Assembly (NCBI GenBank): GCA_030390025.1
Contig: CM059431.1
Span: 124,560,001 to 124,624,000 of the forward strand
Length of the DNA stretch: 64,000 bases
Source of the DNA: Squalus acanthias
Lineage: Eukaryota
Direction of reading: 5' to 3'
The first letter of the stretch is position 1. Each line of letters starts with the position of its first letter. Shown one piece after another: positions 40,267-53,000 of the stretch. The translations under genes and the position numbers were made by a program. The notes beneath the pieces are model-generated. The model had not been told where the DNA came from, searched no databases, and saw nothing but the letters and a program-made list of their open reading frames with translations.

Positions 40267-41220
40267 GGGGGAGAAATTCAATATAGCCCAGGAATGGGTG
40301 GTAACTTTTGAAAAGTTTGAGAATTAGCGCCAGGCGCTAATGCTTCAGACTGCATGCAAAATTCAGTCTCATTGCACAAAGAAAGGATTGGAGCGCTAAA
40401 TCAAGCTCTGTGGCTTTAACTCGAAGCACTGACCATTATCAGGTGCAGTCTAATCACAAGTCATCATTGCCATAGGCTTTTTTCTGTTCTTAAAGGAGAG
40501 GTTCATTGATGCTGCAGAACCTCATTCTCATCATTGCTGGCTATGCAGCCGTCTCAGCCAGCAGCAGCAGGTTAAGGAGAAGGAGCCGGACGACTCAAGC
40601 AGCCCTAATGGCCCTTCTCCTCCCTCTGGCCACATGTTTCAATCTTTCTCGCTGCCTCCACTCCCTCCACTGTAGAGCCTGGAGGGTGAGGTCGACTGCC
40701 AGTACAGCCCCCATTAATGTAACCAAGTGTAGCACTTTGATATGTTGTGAGAATAAATCTAACTAATTGTTAGTAGCCACAACACTCCTGATACTAAACA
40801 ACCTTTAAATGACTGAATTAAACTGTTGCACAATGTCAAACTGACAAGGAAGCAGTGAAACAGTACTAACCTGACAGCTGTGACTCATTACTGAAGATGT
40901 CTTGAAATACCACCCCTGGAGCCGGCATCCGCCTGCTTAACACCAGCTCTTCTTGTCACTGTCGGGGTGAGGCGCTAAGGCAGGGGGCGACAATGAATTT
41001 TTCAGATCGGGCACCCAGTGAGCATTGCACGCTCACTGACATCACCAATTTGCCTGGTGCTGAAGTCCCCAGCGGTAACTGTTAGTAGCAGCGCTATGGG
41101 GAGAAGGGCAGATTTGTCATGCGGCACTGGATTTGCCTTGCCCCGGTGCTACTGCATCAGCGTCCCATTAGCGCCCTGTCAGGCGCTAATGAGAGGCGCT
41201 AACCAACTGAATTTCCCCCC
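40267..41220. mobile_element. Harbinger family B non-autonomous derivative (about 954 bp)
   Basis: Ends GGGGGAGAAATTCA / TGAATTTCCCCCC; flanks at(g) on both sides; keeps only the 5' ends of both genes (homologous to 44786-45375 and 47030-47350). Confidence 0.88.
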
Positions 41221-42311
41221 ATGTGTTTTTGATTCCAATGTCTAAATCGTTAATATAAATTGTGAACAACAGTGGTCCCAGCACTGATCCTAGTGGAATC
41301 CTTGTGGCTTTTTCCTCTTTGAGTTTGATTAGTTTATTTAATATATCTCCTCTTTTTATTTTAATTGCAGCTATTTCATTACTAATCCAATAATCCAATG
41401 TCATGTCCACCTGTTCTAACTCCCTGGTAAATACTGAGCAAAGTAATTATAAAATATTTCTGCCATCTCTCTATCACTGCCTGTGGCCCTATTCCCATCC
41501 CGACCTTTCTTTTTTTATTGATGTGCCTGTAAAATATTTTACTATTTTGATTTATGTTCTTTGATAATTTAATTTCATAGTTACTCTTTGCCTTCCTAAT
41601 TGTTTTTTGACTTCTTTCCTAATGTCTTCATATTTTCCCTTATCATGCTCTCCCCTGCTGTTCATGTACTTAAGGTTTGCCTTTTTCCTTATCCCCAATT
41701 TTTCCTTTATGGCTTTATTCATCCATGGTGTCTCATTAGTGTTTAGCGTGTTCTTGTTTTTTAGTGGAATATATTTTTCATGGACTCTGTTGAACACTGT
41801 TTTAAATGTTTCCCTTTGCTGATCTACATCATTGTGTGCAAATATTGTTGTCCAATTTATTTTCCCAAATTCTATTCTCAGCCCCTCAAAATAAGCTTTT
41901 CTCTAATCTATTACTCTGGACTTCATCATGCTTATGTCATTCTCAATTATTATTATTTTAAAGCGTATTTTATTATGGTCACTATTGCCTAGATGTTCCC
42001 CTACTTTTACTTCTCTTAACTGCTCTGGTTCATTCCCTATTACTAGATCCAATAGCGAATCGTCCGTTGTTGGGATTTTTATATATTGGGTTAGAAAGGA
42101 GTCTTGTACACATTGTAGGATTTCCAGTCCCTTATCCCTTTTATCTACCTCTTCTGTTCAATTAATATTGGGGTAGTTGAAATCCCCCCTTGATTATTAT
42201 TCTATGTTTTTTACTTATTTCCCTAATTTGTTTGCATATTTCTTCCTCCACCTCCCTTCCACTATTAGGTGGCCTGTCGACTACCGCTATTAGTGTGATT
42301 GATCCTTTATT

Positions 42312-43053
42312 GGCCCAAAAATTAGTGAGGGAGCCTTCGTGCGAGGGTAAGGCTTCCCCGCGATCTCTCACTGCGCGCTGGCTTTTTCATTCCCAGCTCG
42401 CACGAACTTGATGTTCTGGACAGCAGCTGTGCAGGGCTTCCGTATCCCACAGGCGCAGTTAATTCGTGCGAGCTGTGGGATCACGTGACTCAGTTAGAGC
42501 CAATGGCAGCACACCATCTTTCATTCATAGCTTTCACAACAAGTGCTGTGAAAGCTATGAATCTATACCCCCCCCAAAAGAACAGCTAAACCTCAATTAA
42601 ATTAAAAAAAAACATCACATTAATAAAATAAGTATAGTTAAATAAATTAACCATTATAAACAAAAAATTAAATTTTTGAAAACATTTAAAATCTTTTAAA
42701 AAGTTATAAAAATAAACTTACCTTTCTTTAAAGTCTCTAAAAAAGATATACCTGTTGAAAAAAATTCAAAATAATACTTAATTAACTACTTACCTTGTTA
42801 AAAGAGGGTCTTACGCCTCCTTTCTTTATGTGCAAAATCTTCCATACTTACCTGCACGTTCAAAGCACTAAGTGCACTGCGTGCGCGCAGCCTGTAGCGC
42901 GCACGCGGTTCACCTAGGAACCGCCCCCTTTTGAAATGACCAAGTGCCGGTTTTCAGCGCATGCGCAGTGCATGCAGAAAACCGGCAATTGGAGACAGAA
43001 TACGCGAGAGTACACAGTGCGTACTCTCGCGTAGCAACACTAATTTTTGGGCC
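42312..43053. mobile_element. MITE, 742 bp (same family as 21229-21971)
   Basis: Perfect 16-bp TIR GGCCCAAAAATTAGTG / CACTAATTTTTGGGCC; flanks ATT/GTT. Confidence 0.92.
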
Positions 43054-43164
43054 GTTATCTTTTATCTCTATTCACATGGATTCTATTTCTGTCTTGCTGA
43101 TATCTGTGGCACTTTTTTCTACTGCCATTATGTTATCCTTAAAAAGTACAGCTGCTCCACCTCC

Positions 43165-43516
43165 CCTTTTGATGAATCTGCCATTCCCATTTACACCTCT
43201 TCTAGACTCATCTTTTGTTTCTTTACTTGTCCCATTACTATCTCCTTTTGCTTTGTACAATCATACCTTTTGTCATTTATTCACTCCTACCTTCCAACCT
43301 ATCACAGACCTTCCCTTTCCTCCCCTCCCACCTTTCCCTGCCCCTGCACTTGCTTAAACCTGTTACATCTCACTTTTTCCAGTTCTGACGGAAGGTCATC
43401 GACCTAAAACGTTAACTCTATTTCTCTCTGCACAGATGCTGCCTGACCTGCTGAGTATTTCCAACATTTTCTGTTTTTATTTCAGATTTCCAGCATCTGC
43501 AGTATTTTGCTTTTGT
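43165..43516 (+). mobile_element. Penelope-like element terminal repeat fragment with a degenerate hammerhead ribozyme (43381-43417)
   Basis: agtt CTGACG(g)A aggtc atc gacct aAAACGTTA act, followed by cacagatgctgcctgacctgctgag...ccagcatctgcag. Confidence 0.7.
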
Positions 43517-43982
43517 ATGTGGTGATGATGTGTGCTCTGTTGACTGTTCTTCTATGACTGTGCACAGATAACACTTAATGCTCCTTGATTCGCGAATATA
43601 GGAAATTATGGCCTGAATTTTCTGGCATCTGCACGGGCATAATTGGAGGTGGGTCGGGAGGGAAATTTGAAATACTTTGGAGTGGGTTGAGAACCTGCCA
43701 TCATCTCGCCCCCACGCACCTTTCCCTCGGGCATGTTTGCCAGCGTGGCAGTGACCCGAATGGCAAAGGCGGCCGAGCTAATTTAGAAGATTATTAGCTA
43801 CTTGTCAGATCCTTATACCTCTTTTTAACATGACCTTTCAAGTTTTCCTGGATGACCATGGAATCACGCAGCTCGGGAGCCACGTCTGTGAACCTGTGGC
43901 AGAAGTTCTGTGGCCATTAATCCAGCTCATTTGTACACAGCACGAAAAGTACAATAAAAACTCCTACCTGACACCAAGTGGG

Positions 43983-44785
43983 TATAAGTCTTTCTCTTAC
44001 TACTCTTCGGTCCTCGAGAATTACGAATTAGCTTAACAATGACAGACAAGGATGTGATCAATAAAATTGGTCTTTATTCACACTATAGTTCAAAATTCGA
44101 GTGTGCATAGAAGCACCTTTGGCAATAAATTCAAAAACTCTCGGCAATGAATATGCCTGCAACTTATTAATTCAAATGTACATAAAAGTACCCCCATAAC
44201 AATTCATACGTACATAAAAGTACCCCTGTAACAACATCTAAGCTTATGTCTGACTTTCATACATACTCCTTTATCTCTGGGTGATCGGTCCAGGGAAATT
44301 GTAAGTCGAAACATAGACTGGCCAGCTTTCTCAGCTCATTCATCCTCCTGCTCTGTCTTCTGGGCTTCTTCTGAATCCCTCTTGGTTCCTTCTGTATTCC
44401 TTCTGAATCTTGCATCTCCTGCCCCTGGGTTACTTCTGTTATCTTACTCTCTGCCTCCTTCTGATAGGTCAGTTCACTCCAAACCTTCCCTGATTGGAGT
44501 TCCTTCCGCATAACACATTTCTGTTCCTGTGAGATGTATGGGGGAGGGACTTCCTTGTCAATCATGTTCTTTCTTCTTGTCCATGTGGCCTCTCAAACAA
44601 AGAACACATACTGACCACCAGGCAAAGGATCCCCTGCTGACTGTCACCATTTTGTGTCTTCACAAACAAAGAACACATTTTGATTTCCTACATTTTGAAT
44701 CCGTCCGTTATCATCTCACAATTCGTTTGCAATTTCGATCTCCACATGGTAGCTGTGGTTTCATCACAATTTTCAGAATCTTACA
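43983..44785 (-). mobile_element. Solo-LTR-like insertion (about 803 bp) in the TIR of a family B Harbinger
   Basis: Ends TATAAG (decayed TGTAAG)...CTTACA; minus-strand AATAAA near 44073; internal tandem repeats. The TSD is not clean. Confidence 0.55.
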
Positions 44786-45264
44786 GGGAATAATTCGATA
44801 CCTTAGCGCCTCCCATTAGTGCCAGCAGATGATGCTAATGGGGCGCTAGAGCATTATTGCTGGGGCGAGGTGAATTCAATGCCGCACGTCAAATCCTGCC
44901 CACCACAGCGCCGCTGCTAACAGTTATCAGCAGGAGCCTCAACGGCAGGTGGATTGTGATGTCAGTGAGTGTGCAACGCAATCTGTGAAATTGATCATCA
45001 CCACCTACCTTAGCGCCTGGAGTATACAGCAACAGGGAGAGCTGGCGTGAAGCAGCAGAAAGCCAGCTCCTGGAATGTTATTTAAAGGGATCGTCAGTAA
45101 TGACTCACAGATGTCAGGTTAGTGGAGTTTCAATGGTTTCTTGTCAGTTTCACATAGTGCAACAGTTTAATTCAGTAATTTCAAGGTTATTTTGTATGAG
45201 GAGCATTGTGGCAACTAAAAAGTAGCTACTTTTATTCTTAAAAAATTCAAACTTGGTTATATTA

Positions 45265-46420
45265 ATGGGGGCTGTACTGGCAGTCGACCTCACCCTCCAG
45301 GATCTATGGCAGAGGGAGCAGAGGCAGCGAGAACGACTGGAACATGTGGCCAGAGGGAGGAGGAGGGACATGAGGGTTCTCAACAGGAGGCCTTACCCAC
45401 CAAGGGTATTTTGTGAGCACTTGTCCTACCTCCAATTAAGCAAGGAGCAGTGTATTAGAAGGCTCCACTTCACCAAGGAGGTGGTCACAGAACTCTGCCA
45501 CCTCCTGCAATCAGACCTCCAGCCTCAGATCAGGGTAACCACGGCTCTCTCAGTGGCAGTCAAAGTCACCATCGCCCTCAATTTCTTCACCGGTGGATCC
45601 TTCCAGTCTGCAACAGAAGACATAGCTAACATTTCACAGTTCACCATCCATTGCTGCATCCGGGAGGTCACAGAGGCTCTCCACAGTAGGAGAAGGGACT
45701 ACATCTCATTCACCATCACCAGAGAGAAGCAGGACGAGCGTGCATGTGGCTTTGCCAGGATAGTGGCTTTCCCCTTGGTGCACGCCGCCATTGACTGCAC
45801 CCACGTTGCTTTGCGGGAACCTCATAACAATCCTGAGATCTTCCGTAACTGCAAAAGATACCACTCACTTAATGTGCAGATAGTGTGCGACCACAGATAA
45901 TTAATCTTTAATGTCAATGCCCGCTATCCTGGCAGCAGCCACGATGCCTTCATCCTGTGCCAGACCGGTGTGCCTTCACGCCTCCAGCTACCACGTCAAG
46001 CTCGCGGCTGGTTGGTCGGGGACAAGGGCTATCCTCTCTCCAACAGGCTCATGACTCCCCTCCACAACCCCAACACTCATATAATGCGAGCCATGCTGCC
46101 ACCAGGAACATCATCGAGCAGACCATCAGGGTGCTCAAGCAATGATTACGTTGTTTTGACCACTCGGGAGGAGCCATCAGTACTCAGCTGAGCGGGTGTC
46201 CCATTTCGTGATGGTCTGCTGCATGCTCCACAACTTGGCCATCATAAGGGCCCAGCCCCTGCCACCGGGAATTGTGGGATCCCCTCAGGAGGAGGAAGAG
46301 GGAAAGGAGGAGGAAGAGGAGGATGAGGAAGAGGAACAGGAGCGAGGGAGGAGGCAGCCACTCAATCGGCCTTCTGGAAAGGCGGTCTGTGACCGCCTCA
46401 TCAGACTGCGGTTCCAATGA
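45265..46420 (+). pseudogene. HARBI1-like transposase, near full length, few disruptions
   Basis: Open for about 210 codons, including AIDCTHVALR and RYHSLNVQIVCDH; then a stop, GWLVGDKGYP, YNASHAATRNIIEQTI, VCCMLHNLA and a poly-E tail. Confidence 0.92.
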
Positions 46421-47681
46421 ATTAAACCCCAGATCTCCATTGCTCACAACATCCCCATCATTCCATCCCTGTCGCAGGTCATATCACAGCGCAAAGCTGA
46501 AATGAGAGACACCACAAAAAAAATCCAAACTGAATTAATAAATTTATCAATAATCAGTGAACACATAATTACAACAAAAATATTAACTATTCACCCTTGT
46601 GCAATCCCCTAGTGCCTCTCATTACTGTGTGAGATGTGAGTGTGAGTGTTGTTAGGTATAGATTGTTGGTGGATGAGTGCTGGGGGTGTGGTGCTTTGGG
46701 CAATGTGGTTCAGATGGTGGTATGTAACATTTGTTGAAGCATTCACTCACACTGACCACCCGAGTGAGGTCGTTAAATTTCTTCCTGCACTGTGTGTGGG
46801 TCCTGGGGACCACAGTGCTGCCTGAGAGGTGACGCGCTACCTCCCTCCACATGGTGTGGAAGACTTGTGGCGAGGGTCTCCTGCCACTTGCTGGATAGAG
46901 CACCACCCTCTGTCTCTCCACAGCGAACACCAATGCTTCCAATGTTTGATCGCTGAATCTGTGGGCTCTCTCACTGGGGCATGGATCTGCCATGAGTACA
47001 GCTGCTTCAGTTCTCCGGCTCCTTCTCCTTGACCTACTGCTGATTGCTGAGGCAGCTGCACAGCCAGCAATGCTGAGAATGAGGTTCTGCAGCATCAAGA
47101 ACCTCCCCTTTAAGAATTGGAAAAAGTAGTGTCAATCATGACTTGCGATTAGACTGCACCTGATATTAGTCCACCTTTTGAGTGTAACGCCAATGAGCTT
47201 GGGCTTAAAGATTTGAATTAGTGCTCCAGTCATTTCTTTTATCAGTGAGAATGAATTTTGCATGCAGTTTAAAGCATTAGCGCCTGGTGCTATTTCTCCA
47301 ACTTTTCTACTGATACCGCCCATTCCTTGGCTATAATGAATTTCTAGCCCCAGGTCACTTTCCTAAGGCAGATGCTGTTGCTGATTTCATTGTTAGCTCG
47401 AGAACCACGTCTGTGAACCTGAGGTGGAAGTTGAGTGGCCATTGATCTACCTGATTAATGCATAGCATGAAAGTACAATAAAAATTCCCACCTGACAGCT
47501 AGGCACTTTCCTAAGGCAGAGGCTGTTGCTGAGTACATTGTCAGCACAGATTTAGCTTTCCAGTGTTTGGAAGTATTTTCAGCAAAGTCGGGATCCACTG
47601 TTACCTCATTGGTAGCACCTATCACACCATTGACAGATTGCTTCTCTCATCTCTACTTGGCCTGCCATCTATTACATAAGC

Positions 47682-48950
47682 ATGGGTGCCATTTATACTG
47701 TCTCACCATGGACCTCAGAATCGGACTAAGATGAGCCCCAGCAACAGCAGCACCAGCCACACCAGCAGCAGCAGCCACAACACCAGCAGCAGCCTTCTAT
47801 TCAATGACCTGATGCTGCACAGGACAGAGGGCATCAGAGCAGGACTACACTGAGCCAGAGGCAATACCTCCAACACAGGGTATACAGGCAGAGGATGAGC
47901 TTCCTCAAGCTGATGGAGCAGCAGTGCCAAAGGAGGCTCAGGCTATCGTGACAGGTCGTCTTAGACATTTACAGATTGCTGGAGCAAGACCTGCTGCCCA
48001 GAGGAACGGGTGGACACACCTTACCAATGGCTGTCAAAGTCACCAGCGCCCTCAACTTCTTCGCCTCAGGCTCCTTCCAAGGATCTGCTGCAGACATTTG
48101 TGGCATCTCACAGTCGGCCGCCCACAGCTGCATCACACAGGTCACCGATGCCCTGTTTGACAAGTCAGCCAATTATATCAACTTTACCACTGATGAGCCA
48201 GTGTTACTAAACTGGCGCTGGCCTTTGCCGCTCTGGCTGGCTTCCCACGGGTGCAGGGCATCATCGACTGCACACATGTGGCCATCAGGACACCCCATCA
48301 TCATCCAGGAGTTATTAGCAACCACAAGGACTTCACTCCCTCAATGTGCAGCTGGTCTGTAACCATAGGAAGATCATCATGCATGTGTGTGCCAAATTCC
48401 CTGGCAGCTGCCATGATTCTTTCGCCCTGCGCCAGTCCACCCTCCCTCAGCTCTTTGCTGCTGCAAACAGACTTTCGGATGGCTACTTGGAGATAAGGGC
48501 AATCCACTGAATACGTGGCTCATGACACCCTTGAGGAGGCCAAGTACTGAGGCCGAAGAGAGATATAATGAAAACCACACGTCCACCAGATGTGTCATAG
48601 AGCAGACAATAGGCATGCTGAAAATGCATTTCAGATTCCTTGACAGATCTGGAGGAGCCCTTCAGTACGCACCAGCAAGGGTCTCCAGAATCATTATGGT
48701 CTGTTGTGCCCTGCACAACATAGCGTAGCAGCGAGGATTAGCGCTGCATGAGGAGCAAGGCACTGAGTGCACAGCCTCTTCAGAGAAGGAGGAGGAAGAG
48801 GAGGAGGAGGAGCAGGAGCAGGAGTAGCATCAGCTGGAAGATGAGGAGGAGGAGGAGCAGGAGGAAACTGCGATCCATATCCCACCAGCACCCCAGCATA
48901 TTGCTGCCCGGGAGGCCAGGGATGGCATCTTCATGGCCAGATTTACTTAA
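47682..48950 (+). pseudogene. Family A HARBI1-like transposase, near full length, frameshifted
   Basis: [91 protein letters not shown]. Confidence 0.92.
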
Positions 48951-50029
48951 CTTCAGACATTACACCCATATGGCTGCCGCATGCTGCGCCTTGTTTGCAC
49001 TGCTCCACAGCAACACCATAAAGCATTGTCCATAGATAGCCATCTATTCCCCATAGATAGCCATCTATTCCCCATAGATAGCCATCTATTCTCTGTAGAG
49101 ACCATGTGCTCCTGTGAGTGACACATTAGCTGCTCCATACAGGTGGCCATCCTATCCATGAAAGAGCCTACAGTCGCCATCGCCTGCGACATGGTGGTGC
49201 TCATGTTGCAGATGGACTCCTCCATTCTCTGCACATTTGCAGACATTGCGGTCTCAAAACCTGTCAGAGCGTCCTGCACTTCTTGCTCCACCTCCAGGAT
49301 TGCCCTCTTTCTGGATGGCCCCCGAGGATTAGCGTCTGCATGCAGCTGAGCAGAGCTGGGAGCGTCCTGCGCCCTGCAGCGAGGAGTCTCCACTGATGTC
49401 CTTGTCTCCACCATCTGCTTTTGCTCACTTGTGACTTATGAGACACCAGGTGACAACGCTACTCTATCTCCTGTGGCACCCACCGAGGTGTGTGTATCTG
49501 CGCTGGTGTTGGGTGCACTTATGTCTGGTAATGGTGCGCCCTCAGAGGCTAGAGGCTCCTCTGAGGAGTTGTCTTCCTCTTCCTCTTGGACAGTGAGGGG
49601 GGGTGGGGTGGGGGGTGCTCTTGATGGACCTGTGGGACAGTAAAGGGATGAGTTCGATATGTCATATCAAGAATGGGTACAAATATCATTATGCACATGA
49701 CCATTCAGTGGCTGCTGACATCAGTCCCCATATGAGTGACTGCTGTATGCCATATGGCTGTATGAGATGTAATTCTGTCACCAGGTTGCTGAGATGTCCC
49801 CCTCTCTCTGTCTCCTACCTCCAGCTGCTCTGCAACTCCTAATACTTCCAGGACGACCTCCTCTGCTGCTGTTAAGGTGACCAATGATGGAGGGCCAGGT
49901 CCGGTTCTTTTCCTCTCCTTCTTATTGTGGGCTCTCTTGTCCTGCAAGGAGGGAAAGAAGAGAAGGTTCAGTGAGTGTGATGGAATGACTGTAAGGAATG
50001 GATGGGTTACATCTTTAGAGGGTGACTAT

Positions 50030-53000
50030 GATAGAATCATAGAATCATAGAATGGTTACAGCACAGAAGGAGGCCATTCAGCTCATCGAGCCCATGCTGG
50101 CTCTCCGCAAGAGCACTTCAGCCAGTCCCACTCCCCCGCCCTTTCCCCGTAGCCCGGCAAATTTGTTTCCTTCAGGTACTTATCCAATTCCCTTTTGAAA
50201 GCCACGATTGAGTCTGCCTCCACCACCTTCTCGGGCAGTGCATTCCAGATCCTAACCACTCGCTGCGTAAAAAAGTTTTTCCTCATGTCGCAATTGGTTC
50301 TTTTGCCAATCACCTTAAATCTGTGTCCTCTGGTTCTCGACCCTTCCGCCAATGGGAACAGTTTGTCTCTATCTAGTCTGTCCAGACCCCTCATGATTTT
50401 GACCACCTCTATCAAATCTCCTCTCAACCTTCTCTGCTCTAAGGAAAACAACCCCAGCTTCTCTAGTCTATCCACGTAACTGAAGTCCCTCATCCCTGGA
50501 ACCATTCTTGTAAATCTTTTCTGCACCCTCTCTAAGGCCTTCACATCCTTCCTAAAGTGCGGTGCCCAGAATTGGACACAATACTCCAGTTGAGGCTGAA
50601 CCAGTGTTTTATACAGGTTCATCATAACTTCCTTGCATTTGTACTGTATGGGGGAAAAATTGGGTATCGCCCATTTTGGGGCACTAATATCCGCCGGTCG
50701 CAAATTTTAGTGCCCGGCGCAAATTATCGTCACTCACGACAAAATTCATTTCCAGCGCCCCTAGAGGTGATTGGAGCGCTAAATCAATCACTACACATTT
50801 CTCTTAGGGCTCTAACGTCGGGGAACAGGGCGCTACCTCAGAGCACTCCTCAAGCTCAGGCGATGTCAATTACCCTTGTACTCAGGCAGACTGGCGCCTT
50901 CCAATTCTTAAAGGGGAGGGTCCATCATGTTGCACAGCCTCTCCCTGATCATTGCTGCTTTTGACCTCGGCCTGCAAGCAGGTAAAAATCTTCAGCAAAG
51001 ATTCATGATGGCTACTCAGAGGCCCAGGGAGAGAGCTCTGCCGGTTTAGCGACCAGGCATTTGTGGCTCTGGTTGGCGCTGTGGAACGCCGACGGGCAGT
51101 GCTGTTTCCAGACACTGGCAGGAGGCCATTGCCCGGGAGTTTACAAGGATCTGGAGGGAGGTGGCCCAGCACGTTTCATCCAGGAGCCTGGTCCAAAGGA
51201 CTCATACCCAGTGCCGCAAGAAGTTCAACAACCTCATTCGAGTGGTCAGAATGAGTACATGCTTGAAAAACCTTTACATCCCACCATCTCAATCTCACTC
51301 TGTGCACAGACGGTGTAAATTCCCAAATCCCCAACACTTACCCAACAACTATGCCCATCTAATAAAAGTCACATCCACATCCCACATTTTGCAGACATTA
51401 ACAGCTATTCAATTATGGTAGGCACATCTGCCAAACACATGGCTGCACACTCAGTCAGACGCTCTCCTTTTTCTTGCAGGCCAAGCTTTCACATAACTGG
51501 AGGGAGCAACAATGCACAGGAGGAGGACAGGCGGAGCTGTACCCCCTCACACAACTGGAGGAGCGAGTCCACAGACTCATCGCCAGTCATGTTGTCGGCG
51601 CTGTGGCTGTTGGAGAGATCGACCCCCTTTGGGACAGCAGCGGTATGTTCATCAGCTTTATCTCCTCTCTCATACCACTTTCCCCTCACAACTCCAGCCT
51701 TTTACACTTTCCCTCTAACTATACTGTCTCCAGTCCTTGCTCCCTTCCTGCCCCACTGCCCTCATGTTAAAGCCACTCTTGTACCTTCCTGCATTCAGAT
51801 AGTGACTCACCAGCTGAATAGCCTGTCCCTCAGCCTGCCAGTGGCAGCGATGGGGGAGAGGAGGAGGAACACGAAGCCCTCACCTCACCGCCTGCATCTC
51901 CCGAGGGTGAGATATCCAATACTGGGGCCACGCGTTCACTGGAGGGGAGCAGGGGGTTTGGATCTGATCTGGGTGAAGCTCTGTGACCCAGCGGGCTGCA
52001 GCAATGCCATGGGGGAAGGGAAGCTCGGGGGCTCTCTCCCCAGAGGGTGAGTGCGCGCATGAGTTCTGCTGCACAGGACTCAGATGAGGACCTTGATATA
52101 GCAGCCATGAATACTCAGGCAGTCAGCATGCATACGGAGCTCATGGGTTCAATGGCAAAGGTGCCTGAGAGTATGGATGCACTGGCTAGGAGCGTGGAGG
52201 AGTCCGCCGCCAGCACAGCTGTCATCTGTGCGCAAACCCTTGAACCCATCCTTACCTCGTTGCAGAGGATGGTTGAATTCAAGAGATACCGTGGGAACCC
52301 AGACCCCATGCCATGTCTAATGGGTGAGAGCCACCGTCACCTTCACTGCCACCGACAGAGACGTCCTGGTCCTGAGCTGAGGCTGGAGCTCTGGTTACAG
52401 GAGGTAGCAGAGCTCTGTGACCACCTCCTTGCTGAAGCGCAGCCTTCCAAAACACTGCTCCTCGGACGAATGAATGTCGGAGAATTGCTCCTGGAATATC
52501 CTGGGAGGGTGAGGACTTCTGTGCAGAGCCCTGTTGGCCCTCCTCCCTCTGGCTACGTTTGCCACTCTCTCTCTGCACCTCTGCTGCCTCCGAAGGTTAA
52601 GCTGGAGGACAACGCCCCGTGTTAGTACAGGCCCCATTTAATCTTCTAAATATGATAGTAATAAAACTGACAGAAATGGGAACCTGAAAAGTGTTGGTGA
52701 GGAACAAAACTCCTTGTAGGACAGCGTTAAATCTCTCCAGACGTCGCTCTCCCTCTCTCAACCTGCGTATGCAGAATATTTTGCCGACAGGAAAATGCAG
52801 AAGCGCACGCCTTTAAATAGCGCTCCCCCAGCTCCCAGCCGACTGCAAAACGTCCCCCTCTACCTGTCGTTCCTAGCAGCAGGCGCTAAGGCAGGGGGCG
52901 AGAATCAATTTCCGGCTCGGGGTGCTACCGGGGCGTTGCACGCTTTGATGACGTCATGATCTCCAGACACAGAAGATCGTGGCGGAAGTGTTTAGCGCCA

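Larger units (their letters stand above)
39325..43160 (-). mobile_element. CR1 LINE ORF2 (endonuclease to 3' UTR), interrupted twice
   Basis: RGGGAAVLFKDNI, DRPPNSGREVEEEICKQI, PLGSVLGPLLFTIYINDLD, QRRFTRMIPEMRG..RRNFFNQRVVRVWN. Confidence 0.92.
43978..47350. mobile_element. Harbinger family B element nested in family A
   Basis: Right end AATTTCTAGCCC; near-TSD CAA/CAG; Myb exon 1 on - at 46751-46993 (ERAHRFSDQTLEALV..RTHTQCRKKFNDLTRV). Confidence 0.85.

Noticed and set aside
45265..46420. Domesticated host HARBI1 gene
   Set aside because: It has stops and frameshifts, lies within TIR-bounded elements, and has several paralogous copies in the window.
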